In this document: positions 34,893 to 44,770 of the stretch, one piece after another
Numbering within the stretch: the stretch's first letter is position 1
How the letters are laid out: every line of letters starts with the position of its first letter
Origin: an uncultured Methanosarcinaceae archaeon
GTDB lineage: Archaea > Halobacteriota > Methanosarcinia > Methanosarcinales > Methanosarcinaceae
Length of the DNA: 64,000 nucleotides
NCBI GenBank assembly: GCA_963833425.1
Contig: CAWHXP010000005.1
Location: 32,001-96,000 of the forward strand
Direction of reading: 5' to 3'
The notes under the pieces: model-generated
What the model was told of the DNA's origin: nothing
Database searches by the model: none
The model's input: the letters and a program-made list of their open reading frames with translations, nothing else
Position numbers and translations under genes: made by a program

Positions 34893-35164
34893 CTTGGAAA
34901 TCTGGGGCTAGCATATAAGAATCTGGGAGAACGAAGAAAACAATTGGGTATTATAAACAGGCACTAAAAATTGCTCAAGAAATTGAAGATCCCAGAATAA
35001 TTGATTTTTGTGAGAGAAATCTTGAGAAATTAAAAATTCGAAAAATAAACTTCTCTGGCTTATGTGCAAAAAATCAGTCTCTGTTACAAAATCGGTGTAG
35101 ACCATCACAATTAAGAAAGTTAATTAATCTCATAACTGCGAAAAATATACAAAACGAGACCCTT

Positions 35165-35526
35165 CTTCAGACTACCACCATTTGGGAATGATTGCGCAGG
35201 AGCGTCAGAAGTTTGAAGAGGCTGAAGAATTGTATAGAAAAGCGCTGGAGATTTTTGAACGTTTGGGGCTTGAAAGATACGCGGCTGCAGACTACCACCA
35301 ATTAGGAATTGTTGCACAGGAGCGTCAGAAGTTTGACGAGGCTGAAAAATGGTATAGAAAAGCGCTGGAGATGTATGAATGTCTGGGGCTTGAAAGAGAT
35401 GCTGCTACAGGCTATCTTCATTTGGGAATGATTGCGCAGGAGCGTCAGAAGTTTGACGAGGCTGAAGAACTTTATAGAAAAGCTCTAGATATTTTTAGCA
35501 GATCAAAGTCGAAAATAACTAGATAG
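35165..35526 (+). pseudogene. Fragment of an unrelated TPR family (3 repeats)
   Basis: YHxLGMIAQERQKFDEAEE repeats; no proper start. Confidence 0.7.
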
Positions 35527-35766
35527 ATGTCAAAGGCAATGCTGTACTCTAACAGGCAAATATGGACGATTCGAAAACTCAGACCAAAGCACTTTACGCC
35601 AGAAGAATGTTAAGACCTAGCAAAAAGAAAGCTAAAAGAAAATATGAACAAACAGGCTATGTAGATTAACCTTTAATTCAGGGAAATAGCAAACTTAACA
35701 TAAATTACTTGGGATAATAGAGAAAAAGAAGGCGCCATTTAAATTTTGGTAAACCCTAGCATGATA

Positions 35767-36135
35767 TCATTTCCTATTCATTATTACTACTTCTCCATGA
35801 TCGAAATTTAAAGTGGGATATCCTTCATAACAATTATCACATAACACAGTCACAGTTGGACTTTTACCGCGCTGTCGTATAGTTTTTATCATTCCACATT
35901 TTTCTAACTCATCCAATGCTCTTGGAAAAGCCCAATCAGGGATAGGTAAATGTATATTTATATCTTTCAAGGTGACTACTAAATTTGTAGATTTTTTAAT
36001 ACCTTTTAAGTGCCAAATGTACATAGCCACCCTATAAGTATGCCCAACTGAATTTGAAGGTAGCTTCACAATCCATTCTAAAGGCAATTGGGGTATGAAG
36101 TATCCTTTTATTTTATCTCTAGAATTTACTAACAT
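35767..36135 (-). CDS. Winged-helix DNA-binding protein (candidate origin-binding protein)
   Basis: RALDELEKCGMI helix followed by a beta-wing; adjacent to the iteron-like array. Confidence 0.75.
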   Translation of the reverse strand: MLVNSRDKIKGYFIPQLPLEWIVKLPSNSVGHTYRVAMYIWHLKGIKKSTNLVVTLKDINIHLPIPDWAFPRALDELEKCGMIKTIRQRGKSPTVTVLCDNCYEGYPTLNFDHGEVVIMNRK

Positions 36136-36236
36136 GATTTTACCCCATTTAATATTATTTCTAAATGTTAAGAGTAAATAAATAAGAAATATAAAGATAT
36201 ATAAGTAGTAAAATCACTATCAAAAGGCTTTAGAAT

Positions 36237-36343
36237 TTAGCTGTGTAGCTAATTAATTTTAGCTGGAGAGCGAAATACATTTTGCTGTGCAGCTAATTAA
36301 TATTGCTCTATAGCTAGATTGGAATTTGGCTCTACAACTAAAT
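36237..36343. repeat. Iteron-like 21-24-bp repeats (copy 2), candidate origin
   Basis: Four to five units of the tt(a/t/g)gct-N4-agctaa type beside an AT-rich tract at 36160-36215. Confidence 0.8.
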
Positions 36344-36387
36344 AGAAAAGTCTGTCCAGGGTTTTTGAGTCTTATTTACGATGTTTT

Positions 36388-38157
36388 TTACTCTTGTTTT
36401 ACTTCTTTGAGTATCCGCATAATAAGATTCCAAGTTTCTGCACCTTTCTCATCTATATACCTTTCAGGATAACGAACAATACCGGCATCTGTTTTCAATC
36501 TGTTACCAGCACCTAGAACAATTTCAGATGCATCACACATCAGCTTTCTCGCTATCTCTATCTCTTTGTCTGCCGCCTTTTCATCGCACTCAATCATCAC
36601 TGCATCGTGAACTGGAGCAACAATTTTAATTTTATTTTCCGAGAGAAGGATGCATGCCACTCTAAGAATTTCAGCTCCAGTAGCTTGAATTGGGAAATTT
36701 CGGACGGTCAACATTTCCTTGTTGCTGGAGCCTGAAACAATCATTTTCCATTTATAGCAGGTTTCAATCCTTTTCATCAAACAGGCTTGAGTCCAGGTCA
36801 TATCTACCCAACGCCAGTAAATTTTAAAAATTCTTTTATGATGACTAAGCAGTTCCTTTGCATAAGGTGTAGGCTTACCAATTTTAAATCCAAGTGATTC
36901 TGCACCCAAGCCATACTGGACACCAAGTACACAAGATTTAAAGAGTTGTCTCGCACTGCCATGCGTTTCTTTTGTAGCGTCTGCTGGAACTGCACCTGCT
37001 AATTTTGCAAAAGCCAGATACGGATCCCCACTTTTATATGCCTCAATCATATTAGGGTCCTTAGAGAGAATTGCTGCAATAAAAAACTCTTGTTGTGAAT
37101 AATCAATATATGCAAGCACTTTTTCCTCAGTCGGTTTTATTAGACTTCTCAGACTAGCAGGAAGTCCAAACATAAACCGAACTCTTAATTCTCCTCTATT
37201 CTTTTTCTCCTCGTCATCCTTTGGGGCATTTCTACCTGTCTTAGTCCAGTAGGGAGAGATTAAAGTTCGACTTCTGCCATCTGAACCAGCCACTATAGAC
37301 TTAAAGTTTAGCCCACCAATAAGAGTTTTTAATTCCTTCAAAGGCCCTATTTCAGGATGGATTTCTGCCATTTCCTTGAATGTTTCCTTATCGGTTTTTG
37401 GCAGACCAGTGTCAGTTCTCGGCCACGCCCAATTGTTGACTTGAATAAATCTCTCAAAATTATTTATTTTAAAACTGGTTCCTTCGTAAATTCCAAATTT
37501 GTCAATATTTTTTATCAGTTTAAATTTTATTTTTTCCCAGTTTTCTTGCAACTCTTGAAGTAGATCGGTATCTATTGGTATACCAGTATATTCGATTTCA
37601 GCCACAGATTTCATATACTCCCCCCGATAGAGAGAAGTGGGTATGTCGAAATCAGGGACCATAATCATTCGTTTGAATAACTCGGCTGTTTCAAGTACGT
37701 CAGATTCGCAATAACTCATAATATATTCTTGATCTTCTTCAGAGTAAGGAGCTCCAGCTAAAATACGATCTCTGGCAGCATCTTTCTCCACTTTGCTAAT
37801 AGTCTCTATGCCAAAAGCTTTACAGGCATCCAGCAGGTTTGCACCTCTTCGTTCATAAGAATGATTAGAAAAGCACCTGTACTCTACGAATGAATCAATT
37901 ACATTGAATGGTAAAGGCCAGCTTAAGACCAGGTGGCACCCCCACTCTGCTGAACTCATATGAGCAACAAATAAATCATTTTCACCTATTGAGTAGGGCG
38001 GCTGATGATTGCTTTCTTCGAAAAGCCACAGTCTTTTAGTTTCTCCAGAAATTATTTCATGGGAAACAACACAAACAGGTATTGGACGTTCGCTAGGCTT
38101 TGCGATAAATTCAAAATCAATCACATAAATATGATTAAAAAATGATAGGGGGAGCAT
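36388..38157 (-). CDS. Family A DNA polymerase with 3'-5' exonuclease domain and no 5'-3' nuclease
   Basis: ExoI IDFEF, ExoIII YCESD, motif A DYSQQE, motif B RQLFKSCVLGVQYG, motif C VHDA. Confidence 0.92.
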   Translation of the reverse strand: MLPLSFFNHIYVIDFEFIAKPSERPIPVCVVSHEIISGETKRLWLFEESNHQPPYSIGENDLFVAHMSSAEWGCHLVLSWPLPFNVIDSFVEYRCFSNHSYERRGANLLDACKAFGIETISKVEKDAARDRILAGAPYSEEDQEYIMSYCESDVLETAELFKRMIMVPDFDIPTSLYRGEYMKSVAEIEYTGIPIDTDLLQELQENWEKIKFKLIKNIDKFGIYEGTSFKINNFERFIQVNNWAWPRTDTGLPKTDKETFKEMAEIHPEIGPLKELKTLIGGLNFKSIVAGSDGRSRTLISPYWTKTGRNAPKDDEEKKNRGELRVRFMFGLPASLRSLIKPTEEKVLAYIDYSQQEFFIAAILSKDPNMIEAYKSGDPYLAFAKLAGAVPADATKETHGSARQLFKSCVLGVQYGLGAESLGFKIGKPTPYAKELLSHHKRIFKIYWRWVDMTWTQACLMKRIETCYKWKMIVSGSSNKEMLTVRNFPIQATGAEILRVACILLSENKIKIVAPVHDAVMIECDEKAADKEIEIARKLMCDASEIVLGAGNRLKTDAGIVRYPERYIDEKGAETWNLIMRILKEVKQE

Positions 38158-38726
38158 TAAAGCTCACCCCTGAGTTTCTTTAAAACCGGATGGTTATGGT
38201 CATCAATGAACTTGTCCTTGAAAGCTAATTCGATAGCTTTCACCATATTCTCTGGTTCCTCAGGCCATTCCGGGTCTGGAAGTTTACTCATTGATAAGAT
38301 CATGTCGTAAGCTCCAATTGAGTCATTCGTTTGAAGCTTTAGCCATTGAGTTTCAGCTGCTGTGTAAGCTAACCTTCTGGTTCGATTATATTCATGATCC
38401 TTACCATCTGCGTCAGGTTTGGGAATTTCTGAGAGAAAGATTTCACCTGACCCGTAAGTAATGCCGGCGTAAATTCTGACGAGTCTTAACTTTTTTGTTT
38501 CTATTACCTCTGGGTACAGAGCCGGATCGAGAAGAAATTTTCCTTCTCCATCACCTTTTCCACCTAAATCTAAGAGATAAGTGTCAAATTTCCATTCAGA
38601 CCCAGGCCTGATCCTAAAGAATTCCACACCAGGTTTAGGTTTCTTGATTGGGATGGAAGTTACTACACGTTTAACAACGATGGATATAGTTTCAGTAACT
38701 TGGAGAGCCTCAAAGTTAAAAGGCAT
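38157..38726 (-). CDS. PolA-coupled protein, putative ssDNA-binding protein
   Basis: GGAGG RBS; stop overlaps the pol start (TAATG); beta-rich and aromatic. The SSB function is inference. Confidence 0.6.
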   Translation of the reverse strand: MPFNFEALQVTETISIVVKRVVTSIPIKKPKPGVEFFRIRPGSEWKFDTYLLDLGGKGDGEGKFLLDPALYPEVIETKKLRLVRIYAGITYGSGEIFLSEIPKPDADGKDHEYNRTRRLAYTAAETQWLKLQTNDSIGAYDMILSMSKLPDPEWPEEPENMVKAIELAFKDKFIDDHNHPVLKKLRGEL

Positions 38727-38880
38727 CTAAAAAACCTCCATCGTTGAAGTAAAATTTTCTAGACTATACATGCGACTGCTAGGTGCAGAGCTAAAAAAGG
38801 AAACTATATTTGATATGGAAACTATATTATTCATGATGCATCACTTTTTATTTATGGGTCGATCTGTTCTTTTGGGTCAC

Positions 38881-39264
38881 TCATGATGAAAGCAAGCATC
38901 CTACAGTGATGGTTTGCGAAATTCCCGACTGCTTGGCCGCTGCGGATATTCGCGAATCACTAACTGCAACGTTTTTAATTAAGATGGCTTTTGCTTTATC
39001 ATATACATACTCTGTTTTGAGTAGCAAAGCAATCCCCAATCTAGTTTTACTGTTTTCAGAGTTGCCTCTCCTCTTATCGATGGATGCTCTTATTGGCAGG
39101 AGACGTGCCTGAGCTATTTTTTCGATTTTGATCATTGTTTTATGTACATTGGAGAGATGATGATCAAGTTCCGCATCTATCGTTAAAGTTTTATTTTTAT
39201 AATATATTATGCATAATGATACCTTCGATATTTTGGGACTTCCCGTAATCTTGCTTTTAAGCAT
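38881..39264 (-). CDS. Hypothetical basic protein
   Basis: Start overlaps the upstream ORF stop; GAGG RBS. Confidence 0.55.
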   Translation of the reverse strand: MLKSKITGSPKISKVSLCIIYYKNKTLTIDAELDHHLSNVHKTMIKIEKIAQARLLPIRASIDKRRGNSENSKTRLGIALLLKTEYVYDKAKAILIKNVAVSDSRISAAAKQSGISQTITVGCLLSS

Positions 39265-39427
39265 TTATCCTCACTCCTACCGTTTTTAATATGTCTTTCG
39301 CAATAACCCGATTTAGAGGATTATCACTTTTCAACATGAGCAATAAAACGTCGTTATTTTGTTCACTAACAAGTCTTGCCCATTCTGAGAACGAAAAAAA
39401 TTTATCTTTTCTGGTTATAGAGTTCAT
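39257..39427 (-). CDS. Small hypothetical protein (56 aa, below the ORF track cutoff)
   Basis: MNSITRKDKFFSFSEWARLV...GVRINA*; coupled to both neighbouring ORFs. Confidence 0.6.
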   Translation of the reverse strand: MNSITRKDKFFSFSEWARLVSEQNNDVLLLMLKSDNPLNRVIAKDILKTVGVRINA

Positions 39428-39428
39428 T

Positions 39429-39638
39429 TCATTCACCTTCTTTCAGATGGTTGATGTTAATCTCGGTTCCACTGGCCCGGCAAGACTCTACAGGAACTGA
39501 GGTTATGATAATTCTTTGTTCATTGTCCATTTCGATCTTTACGTTTTCAGGATTATCTGACCTGATCCACTGTATTGGCAGTCTAATTAAATAGCTACCG
39601 GCTTGTCTAAATATTGACATTTGGCCTAAATTTATCAT
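39429..39638 (-). CDS. AbrB/MazE-like DNA-binding protein
   Basis: RQAGSYLIRLPIQW swapped-hairpin pattern; GAGG RBS. Confidence 0.65.
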   Translation of the reverse strand: MINLGQMSIFRQAGSYLIRLPIQWIRSDNPENVKIEMDNEQRIIITSVPVESCRASGTEININHLKEGE

Positions 39639-39701
39639 TTAAGTACCTCAATTTTACTTCGATACGATTAACGTCATAATTTTATATATAGATTCTATAT
39701 A

Positions 39702-40658
39702 TTGGTGAGTAGATTTATTAGAACAACATGTTGTGAGACAAAACTAAATATCCAACATGTTGGTAGATTATCAGCATTATTTAAAAGAAGTTACAGCATG
39801 TCTTATAACATGGAAGAAAAATATATCCAGGAAAAAACAATAAAAGATAGAATCTTAGGAAGTTTAGTATATTGTCCGAAAACAAACACTCAACTGTTGC
39901 AAGAGCTGAGTTATAGTAATAAACAACATGGTAATATTTCTAAACAATTACATCAGCTCAAAACAGATGGGTTCATTGTTGATGAAAAAGAAAAATCCCC
40001 AAATATAGATGACTATGCTACGTCATGGTCAATAGTCCCAAGTCTAGAAAATGTTAGATATATAGCAAAAGATCCAGATTTGGTACCAGTGCTGCAAAAG
40101 AAAGATTTTGCTCTTGAAGTTATGGCTGAGAACATTCGTGTTTCAATCATTCCAGATGTTATTGTGGATATAGATGCTATTAGTTCTCTTAAAAGTAAAA
40201 AAATAATTATAGGAGCTAAAGAGGAATTATATTTACTTCTAGAAGAGCCTAAAAGAAAATTTAAGGAAATGTTAAGATTATCTCCTGCATTCTTCAACCT
40301 TCATCTACTCCATGAAGTGTACAACATGATGTCTTGGAGTGATTTTGAAAGGGAAATTGAAGAATTACGATATATAGCTAAATTTCAACTTATCCCTTCT
40401 CTTAAGATAGTAGAGTATTATCTATATCAGAATTCATATGATTTTAAAATGTGTGTTAAAAGAGATATGTTTTTTGAAAAATTAAGTGATGAGAAAAAGA
40501 ACTACTTGATTGAAATAGAAAATTATTTGAATGAAGAAGAAAAAAATAGTGATGCCATCAGAAACTCCATCCTAAAAGTCATCACACATCCTGAATATAA
40601 TTCTGTATTGAAGGAAGAAGAAAAAAATATTAAGACCATCAAAAAAGCCATCATGTAA
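39702..40658 (+). CDS. N-terminal winged-HTH regulator (true start probably ATG 39798 or 39810)
   Basis: NISKQLHQLKTDGFI helix; divergent from the AbrB-like gene. Confidence 0.65.
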   Translation: MVSRFIRTTCCETKLNIQHVGRLSALFKRSYSMSYNMEEKYIQEKTIKDRILGSLVYCPKTNTQLLQELSYSNKQHGNISKQLHQLKTDGFIVDEKEKSPNIDDYATSWSIVPSLENVRYIAKDPDLVPVLQKKDFALEVMAENIRVSIIPDVIVDIDAISSLKSKKIIIGAKEELYLLLEEPKRKFKEMLRLSPAFFNLHLLHEVYNMMSWSDFEREIEELRYIAKFQLIPSLKIVEYYLYQNSYDFKMCVKRDMFFEKLSDEKKNYLIEIENYLNEEEKNSDAIRNSILKVITHPEYNSVLKEEEKNIKTIKKAIM

Positions 40659-40794
40659 CCGGAATATAATTCTGCATTGAAATAAATTTTCTCTAAATAT
40701 CGTTTTACCTAAATTTCTAAAAATATTAAAAGAATTTGTATTACAATTTATTGTCTAATTGTGGAATTGGTTTCGTTATAGATAGCCATTTAAA

Positions 40795-42126
40795 TTACTT
40801 TTCATTTTTAAGCATGGCCTCCTTTAATGTTGAAATTTCATCAAGCTCCCTTTTTAATTCGTTCTTCATTTCCCATATTTTTTCAAGATCTGCATATTGC
40901 ATATAGTCAGCTTTGATAGATTCGGTGGCTTTCATGTTTTCTATCTCTGCCTTGAGTTCCTGCAGTTCAGATCTTTCGTCTTTTCTTTCCTGTGTCATAA
41001 TGTCAGTAATTCGCTTGTATGCATCTTTATCTTCCTTCATTTGAATGAAAGCGGGGTGCTCCGTAGGATCGATTGATTTTTCAATAGTTAGATATGAGAT
41101 ATATTTTGTATACTCTTCCTTCAATTTCTCAGGGGAAGCTCTATAATATGCCTCGTGTGTCGCATCCAATTGGTGCCCGAGCAGGAAATCCACAAAAAAT
41201 AAACTGGCATGTTCATTGAGTAACGTGGTATTAAAGAATCTCCTCATATTATGTGATCTGTTGATATTATATTCACCACTTCCTGAACTGGTCTGAGCTT
41301 CTTCATTCAGTCTATGATAAATTGATATTATCGTTTCTTTACTTAGCTTTCTGAGCTCTTCTTTATCTTTCATTTTCTTAGCTGTCAGATATTCAAAAGG
41401 CACAGCCCTGGTGACAAACAAATATCCTTCTTTAGTAGTAACACGTTGTTTTTCGAGTTGTTGCTCTTTTATTTTGCTTTTATAATTAGGCTCCCTATTT
41501 CGCCAATTAAGATAATCCTGAATTGCTTTTGAAGCTTCGGGAGATAAGAAAGTATAGAACTCATAGTTTTTCTTTTTTCTGACAAGGTGTAGCGTTGTTA
41601 TGCCTGTCTTTGGGTCATAACCATCTACGAAATCACTAACTCTAAGATTGGAGATATCCACAGCACTCAATCCACTACTGACGCCCACTAACACAAGAGC
41701 ACGCTCAAGGGGATCACAAACATTAAGGATTTTTCTTATATCATCCTTAGTTGGTATTTTCTTTCGTTTTAATTCCGGTCTTGCATTTGTCGTGCCTTTT
41801 GGGAGTACTGGCAACTGAATATTATACAATCTATAGAATGAGCATACTCCAGTCATTCTGCTTTTAATAGTCAGTGGAGCAATATCTTTTCTCTCCAAAT
41901 GTTCTCTAAACTCTCGGAGATAACTGGTTATATTTCTCTCACGCATCAAGAGTCCAGCGCGAATCTCTTTTTCGGCTTCTTCTATAAGCTGTAATGGCGT
42001 GTTATGGGTGAACTCAGTAAATTGCTGCATTGATTGCAAATACACCCTTCTTGTTTCATAAGCCGCTTTGATTCCGGATAGCCAATCCTTAATTATTTTG
42101 TCGTTCTTTAACTCATTAACTTTCAT
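40795..42126 (-). CDS. Tyrosine recombinase / integrase
   Basis: SSGL..DISNL, HNMRRFF, LLGH and catalytic Tyr region (HEAYY); C-terminal coiled coil. Confidence 0.93.
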   Translation of the reverse strand: MKVNELKNDKIIKDWLSGIKAAYETRRVYLQSMQQFTEFTHNTPLQLIEEAEKEIRAGLLMRERNITSYLREFREHLERKDIAPLTIKSRMTGVCSFYRLYNIQLPVLPKGTTNARPELKRKKIPTKDDIRKILNVCDPLERALVLVGVSSGLSAVDISNLRVSDFVDGYDPKTGITTLHLVRKKKNYEFYTFLSPEASKAIQDYLNWRNREPNYKSKIKEQQLEKQRVTTKEGYLFVTRAVPFEYLTAKKMKDKEELRKLSKETIISIYHRLNEEAQTSSGSGEYNINRSHNMRRFFNTTLLNEHASLFFVDFLLGHQLDATHEAYYRASPEKLKEEYTKYISYLTIEKSIDPTEHPAFIQMKEDKDAYKRITDIMTQERKDERSELQELKAEIENMKATESIKADYMQYADLEKIWEMKNELKRELDEISTLKEAMLKNEK

Positions 42127-42284
42127 TTAAAGTCACATCCTAAAATAAATACCTATACAAATTTATAATTGTATTCATTGATATCCATACAGATGATTCA
42201 CAAAACATAACATTCTATGCTACCATAAACATCACAAATATTTTGACGACAAAAAAATATTTGTGAAGCAACAAAAAAAATATC

Positions 42285-42502
42285 TAGAGAGTATTTCGAT
42301 GATCTCCGATTTTTGGCTGGTTGCTTATTCAAAATTTAGTACTAACTAGTCCCTAAAAAGCAATGCAGATTAATTTCATATAAAATTCTGATCGTGTTCT
42401 TAGTCATTATAGATATTTCGAAAATCATCGATTTCAACAAATTGCTTATATATTGATTATAAGCAACCAGCCAAAAATCGGAGATTATCGAAATACTCTC
42501 TA
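42285..42502. mobile_element. MITE-derived 44-bp inverted repeat (complete MITE plus inverted half copy)
   Basis: 42285-42328 and 42459-42502 are reverse complements with one mismatch. Confidence 0.8.
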
Positions 42503-43231
42503 TAAATTTGAGCTTTTTATCATTTTCTGGCTTTTTTGTTATTTTAAATATTGTGTGTTAAAGTCAAGATAGTTTTAGGGATGGAATTGGTACTAAATTA
42601 TGAAAATTACCAAAAATAATGAAATATTACATATTTAATATTATAATATTGTTTGCCTTTATAATTAGTTATGTGGAAACAATTTTTGTTCATAAACATT
42701 TTTTCGTGTAAATAATTAGAAATAAAGTATAGTGCATATTATTTTTGCAGCTTATATCTAATAAATTGTGAGCTAGCAGATACAAATGAAAGAATTGCCC
42801 GGAAGATGTTGTTTAGGAATATTATTGTTCAGGCAATATACCTTTGGAGTTGGGATAAGGAACATAACTTTCAGGAACATAACTTTCCGGGTTTTTCTTC
42901 CAATCATTTTTCAGTTGTGCCCGAATGGGGTAATGCTGTGAACGTTAAAATGACTATGAAATTGTCCCGTCATCGGGATGTAGATTTAAGAAATAGGTAA
43001 CAACAAAAGTAACACTTTTTTACAAATTGTATCTTAATCGAATAATGGTGACGAATGTATGAATGAACTTACCAGTAGATTATTCTTCCAGAAACGAATT
43101 GGACTATTAATTGGTTCATAACGAGTATTATAATAATACAATATTAAGATAAAAATATAGTTCCAAATTTATTATCAAAAATCTAAGGTAAATGGGGGTA
43201 AAATTAAATTGTATAAGTTTGGAGGGATTAA

Positions 43232-44578
43232 TTGAAGAGACAATTGCGATTATTATTTATAGGAACTTATGTTCCAAAGGAGTGCGGAATTGCTACATTT
43301 ACTTATGATCTTTTAAATTCGGTTTCTGTAGGAAATAACGACATTCATTGTGAAGTTATTGCTTTGATTGATCCTTCTGAAAATTATAATTATTCAGAAG
43401 AAGTTGTTTTTCAAATTGAAAGAAACAAACTCGAAGATTACTACCGAGCTGCAGATTTTATAAATCGTTCCGATGCAGACGTTATCTGTCTTCAACATGA
43501 ATTCGGTCTTTTTGGTGGAGAAGCAGGAGAATACATTTTCGCTCTTATATCAGAAATAAGTAAACCTGTAATAACAACAATGCACACTGTGATCCTAGAG
43601 CCTGAACTTGAGTATCAAATATCCACTGAAAAGCTAGTAAGGTATTCCGAAAAGCTTGTTGTAATGAGCCAGACTGCGATCGATATGCTAAAAGATATTT
43701 ATAATGTTTCGGAAGATAAAATAGAATTAATTCATCATGGAGTTCCTGACTATCCATTTAATGAATGTGGTAAGTATAAAAAGATGTTAAATTTGAAGGG
43801 GTCTCCCCTTGTTCTTACTTTTGGCTTGTTGAGCCAAAATAAAGGAGTCGAAAGTATTCTCAAAGCCCTTTCTGATGTTGTAAATCAATATCCTGACCTT
43901 GTTTACCTTATTCTGGGCGCCACGCATCCTATGATCAAAAAGAAATATGGAGAAGCATACAGGCAATATCTTAAGAACATGGTTTCCAAACTTGGGCTTG
44001 AGAATAATGTAGTATTTCATGACAAATTTGTTGAAAAAGAAGAGCTATGTAATTATATCCTCGCCAGCGACATTTATGTATCTCCCTATCTTTCCAGAGA
44101 ACAGATAGTAAGCGGCGCTCTGTCCTATGCCATAGGTATGGGAAAAGCAATCGTTTCCACTCCTTATTGGTATGCTGAGGAAATGCTTTCCGATAATCTC
44201 GGGTTGCTTGTCGATTTTGGAGACACTGAAGGCTTTAAAAAATCACTTTTATACTTAATCGAAAATACAGAAGAGTGCAATAATATGCGCAAAAATGCCT
44301 ATGATTTTGGCAGAAAAATGATATGGGGAAGCGTAGGTAAAGAATATACTACTGTCTTCTATGAAGCATTAAATAACTACACTAACTATCCCGAAATACA
44401 AAACATCGTTAATTTCCTTCCAAATGAGTTGCCTGAAATAAAAGTTGACCACCTTAAGCTATTGACCGATAATCTGGCCAGTATACAGCACACCTATCTT
44501 GGTATACAAGCTCTCCATTATTTTTCCAGGGCTGATGATGGGGGGCAAAAGGTTTCCATCAATCCAAAAAAAAGGTGA
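43232..44578 (+). CDS. GT4 glycosyltransferase, probably C-terminally truncated
   Basis: CGIATFT, QHEFGLFGG, FGLLSQNKG and SGALSYA motifs; tail degenerates after DHLKLLTD. Confidence 0.85.
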   Translation: MKRQLRLLFIGTYVPKECGIATFTYDLLNSVSVGNNDIHCEVIALIDPSENYNYSEEVVFQIERNKLEDYYRAADFINRSDADVICLQHEFGLFGGEAGEYIFALISEISKPVITTMHTVILEPELEYQISTEKLVRYSEKLVVMSQTAIDMLKDIYNVSEDKIELIHHGVPDYPFNECGKYKKMLNLKGSPLVLTFGLLSQNKGVESILKALSDVVNQYPDLVYLILGATHPMIKKKYGEAYRQYLKNMVSKLGLENNVVFHDKFVEKEELCNYILASDIYVSPYLSREQIVSGALSYAIGMGKAIVSTPYWYAEEMLSDNLGLLVDFGDTEGFKKSLLYLIENTEECNNMRKNAYDFGRKMIWGSVGKEYTTVFYEALNNYTNYPEIQNIVNFLPNELPEIKVDHLKLLTDNLASIQHTYLGIQALHYFSRADDGGQKVSINPKKR

Positions 44579-44770
44579 TTTAACTTGAAATAAAAATCAA
44601 AAATATAGGAATCCGAAAGGATTGACCGATTGGACTGAAAAATCAATAAGCTTAAAAACCTCAAACTATCCCAATCGTGAATTTGATCATACTGTCTTAT
44701 GTACTTGAATTAAATCCTCAAGTGCGTAAGTCGTAACATATAATAGAACTAAGTATCAGGAGTAAAAACT

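Larger units (their letters stand above)
26100..42284 (-). mobile_element. About 16-kb integrative element with tyrosine integrase, PolA replication module and NLR-like cargo
   Basis: Integrase at one end and tRNA-like att at the other; coupled operon between. The right boundary is inferred. Confidence 0.7.

Noticed and set aside
36237..36343. Mini-CRISPR
   Set aside because: The units abut with no spacers.
26100..42284. Complete provirus, casposon or pipolin
   Set aside because: No recognisable capsid, terminase or Cas1, and the polymerase is family A rather than B.
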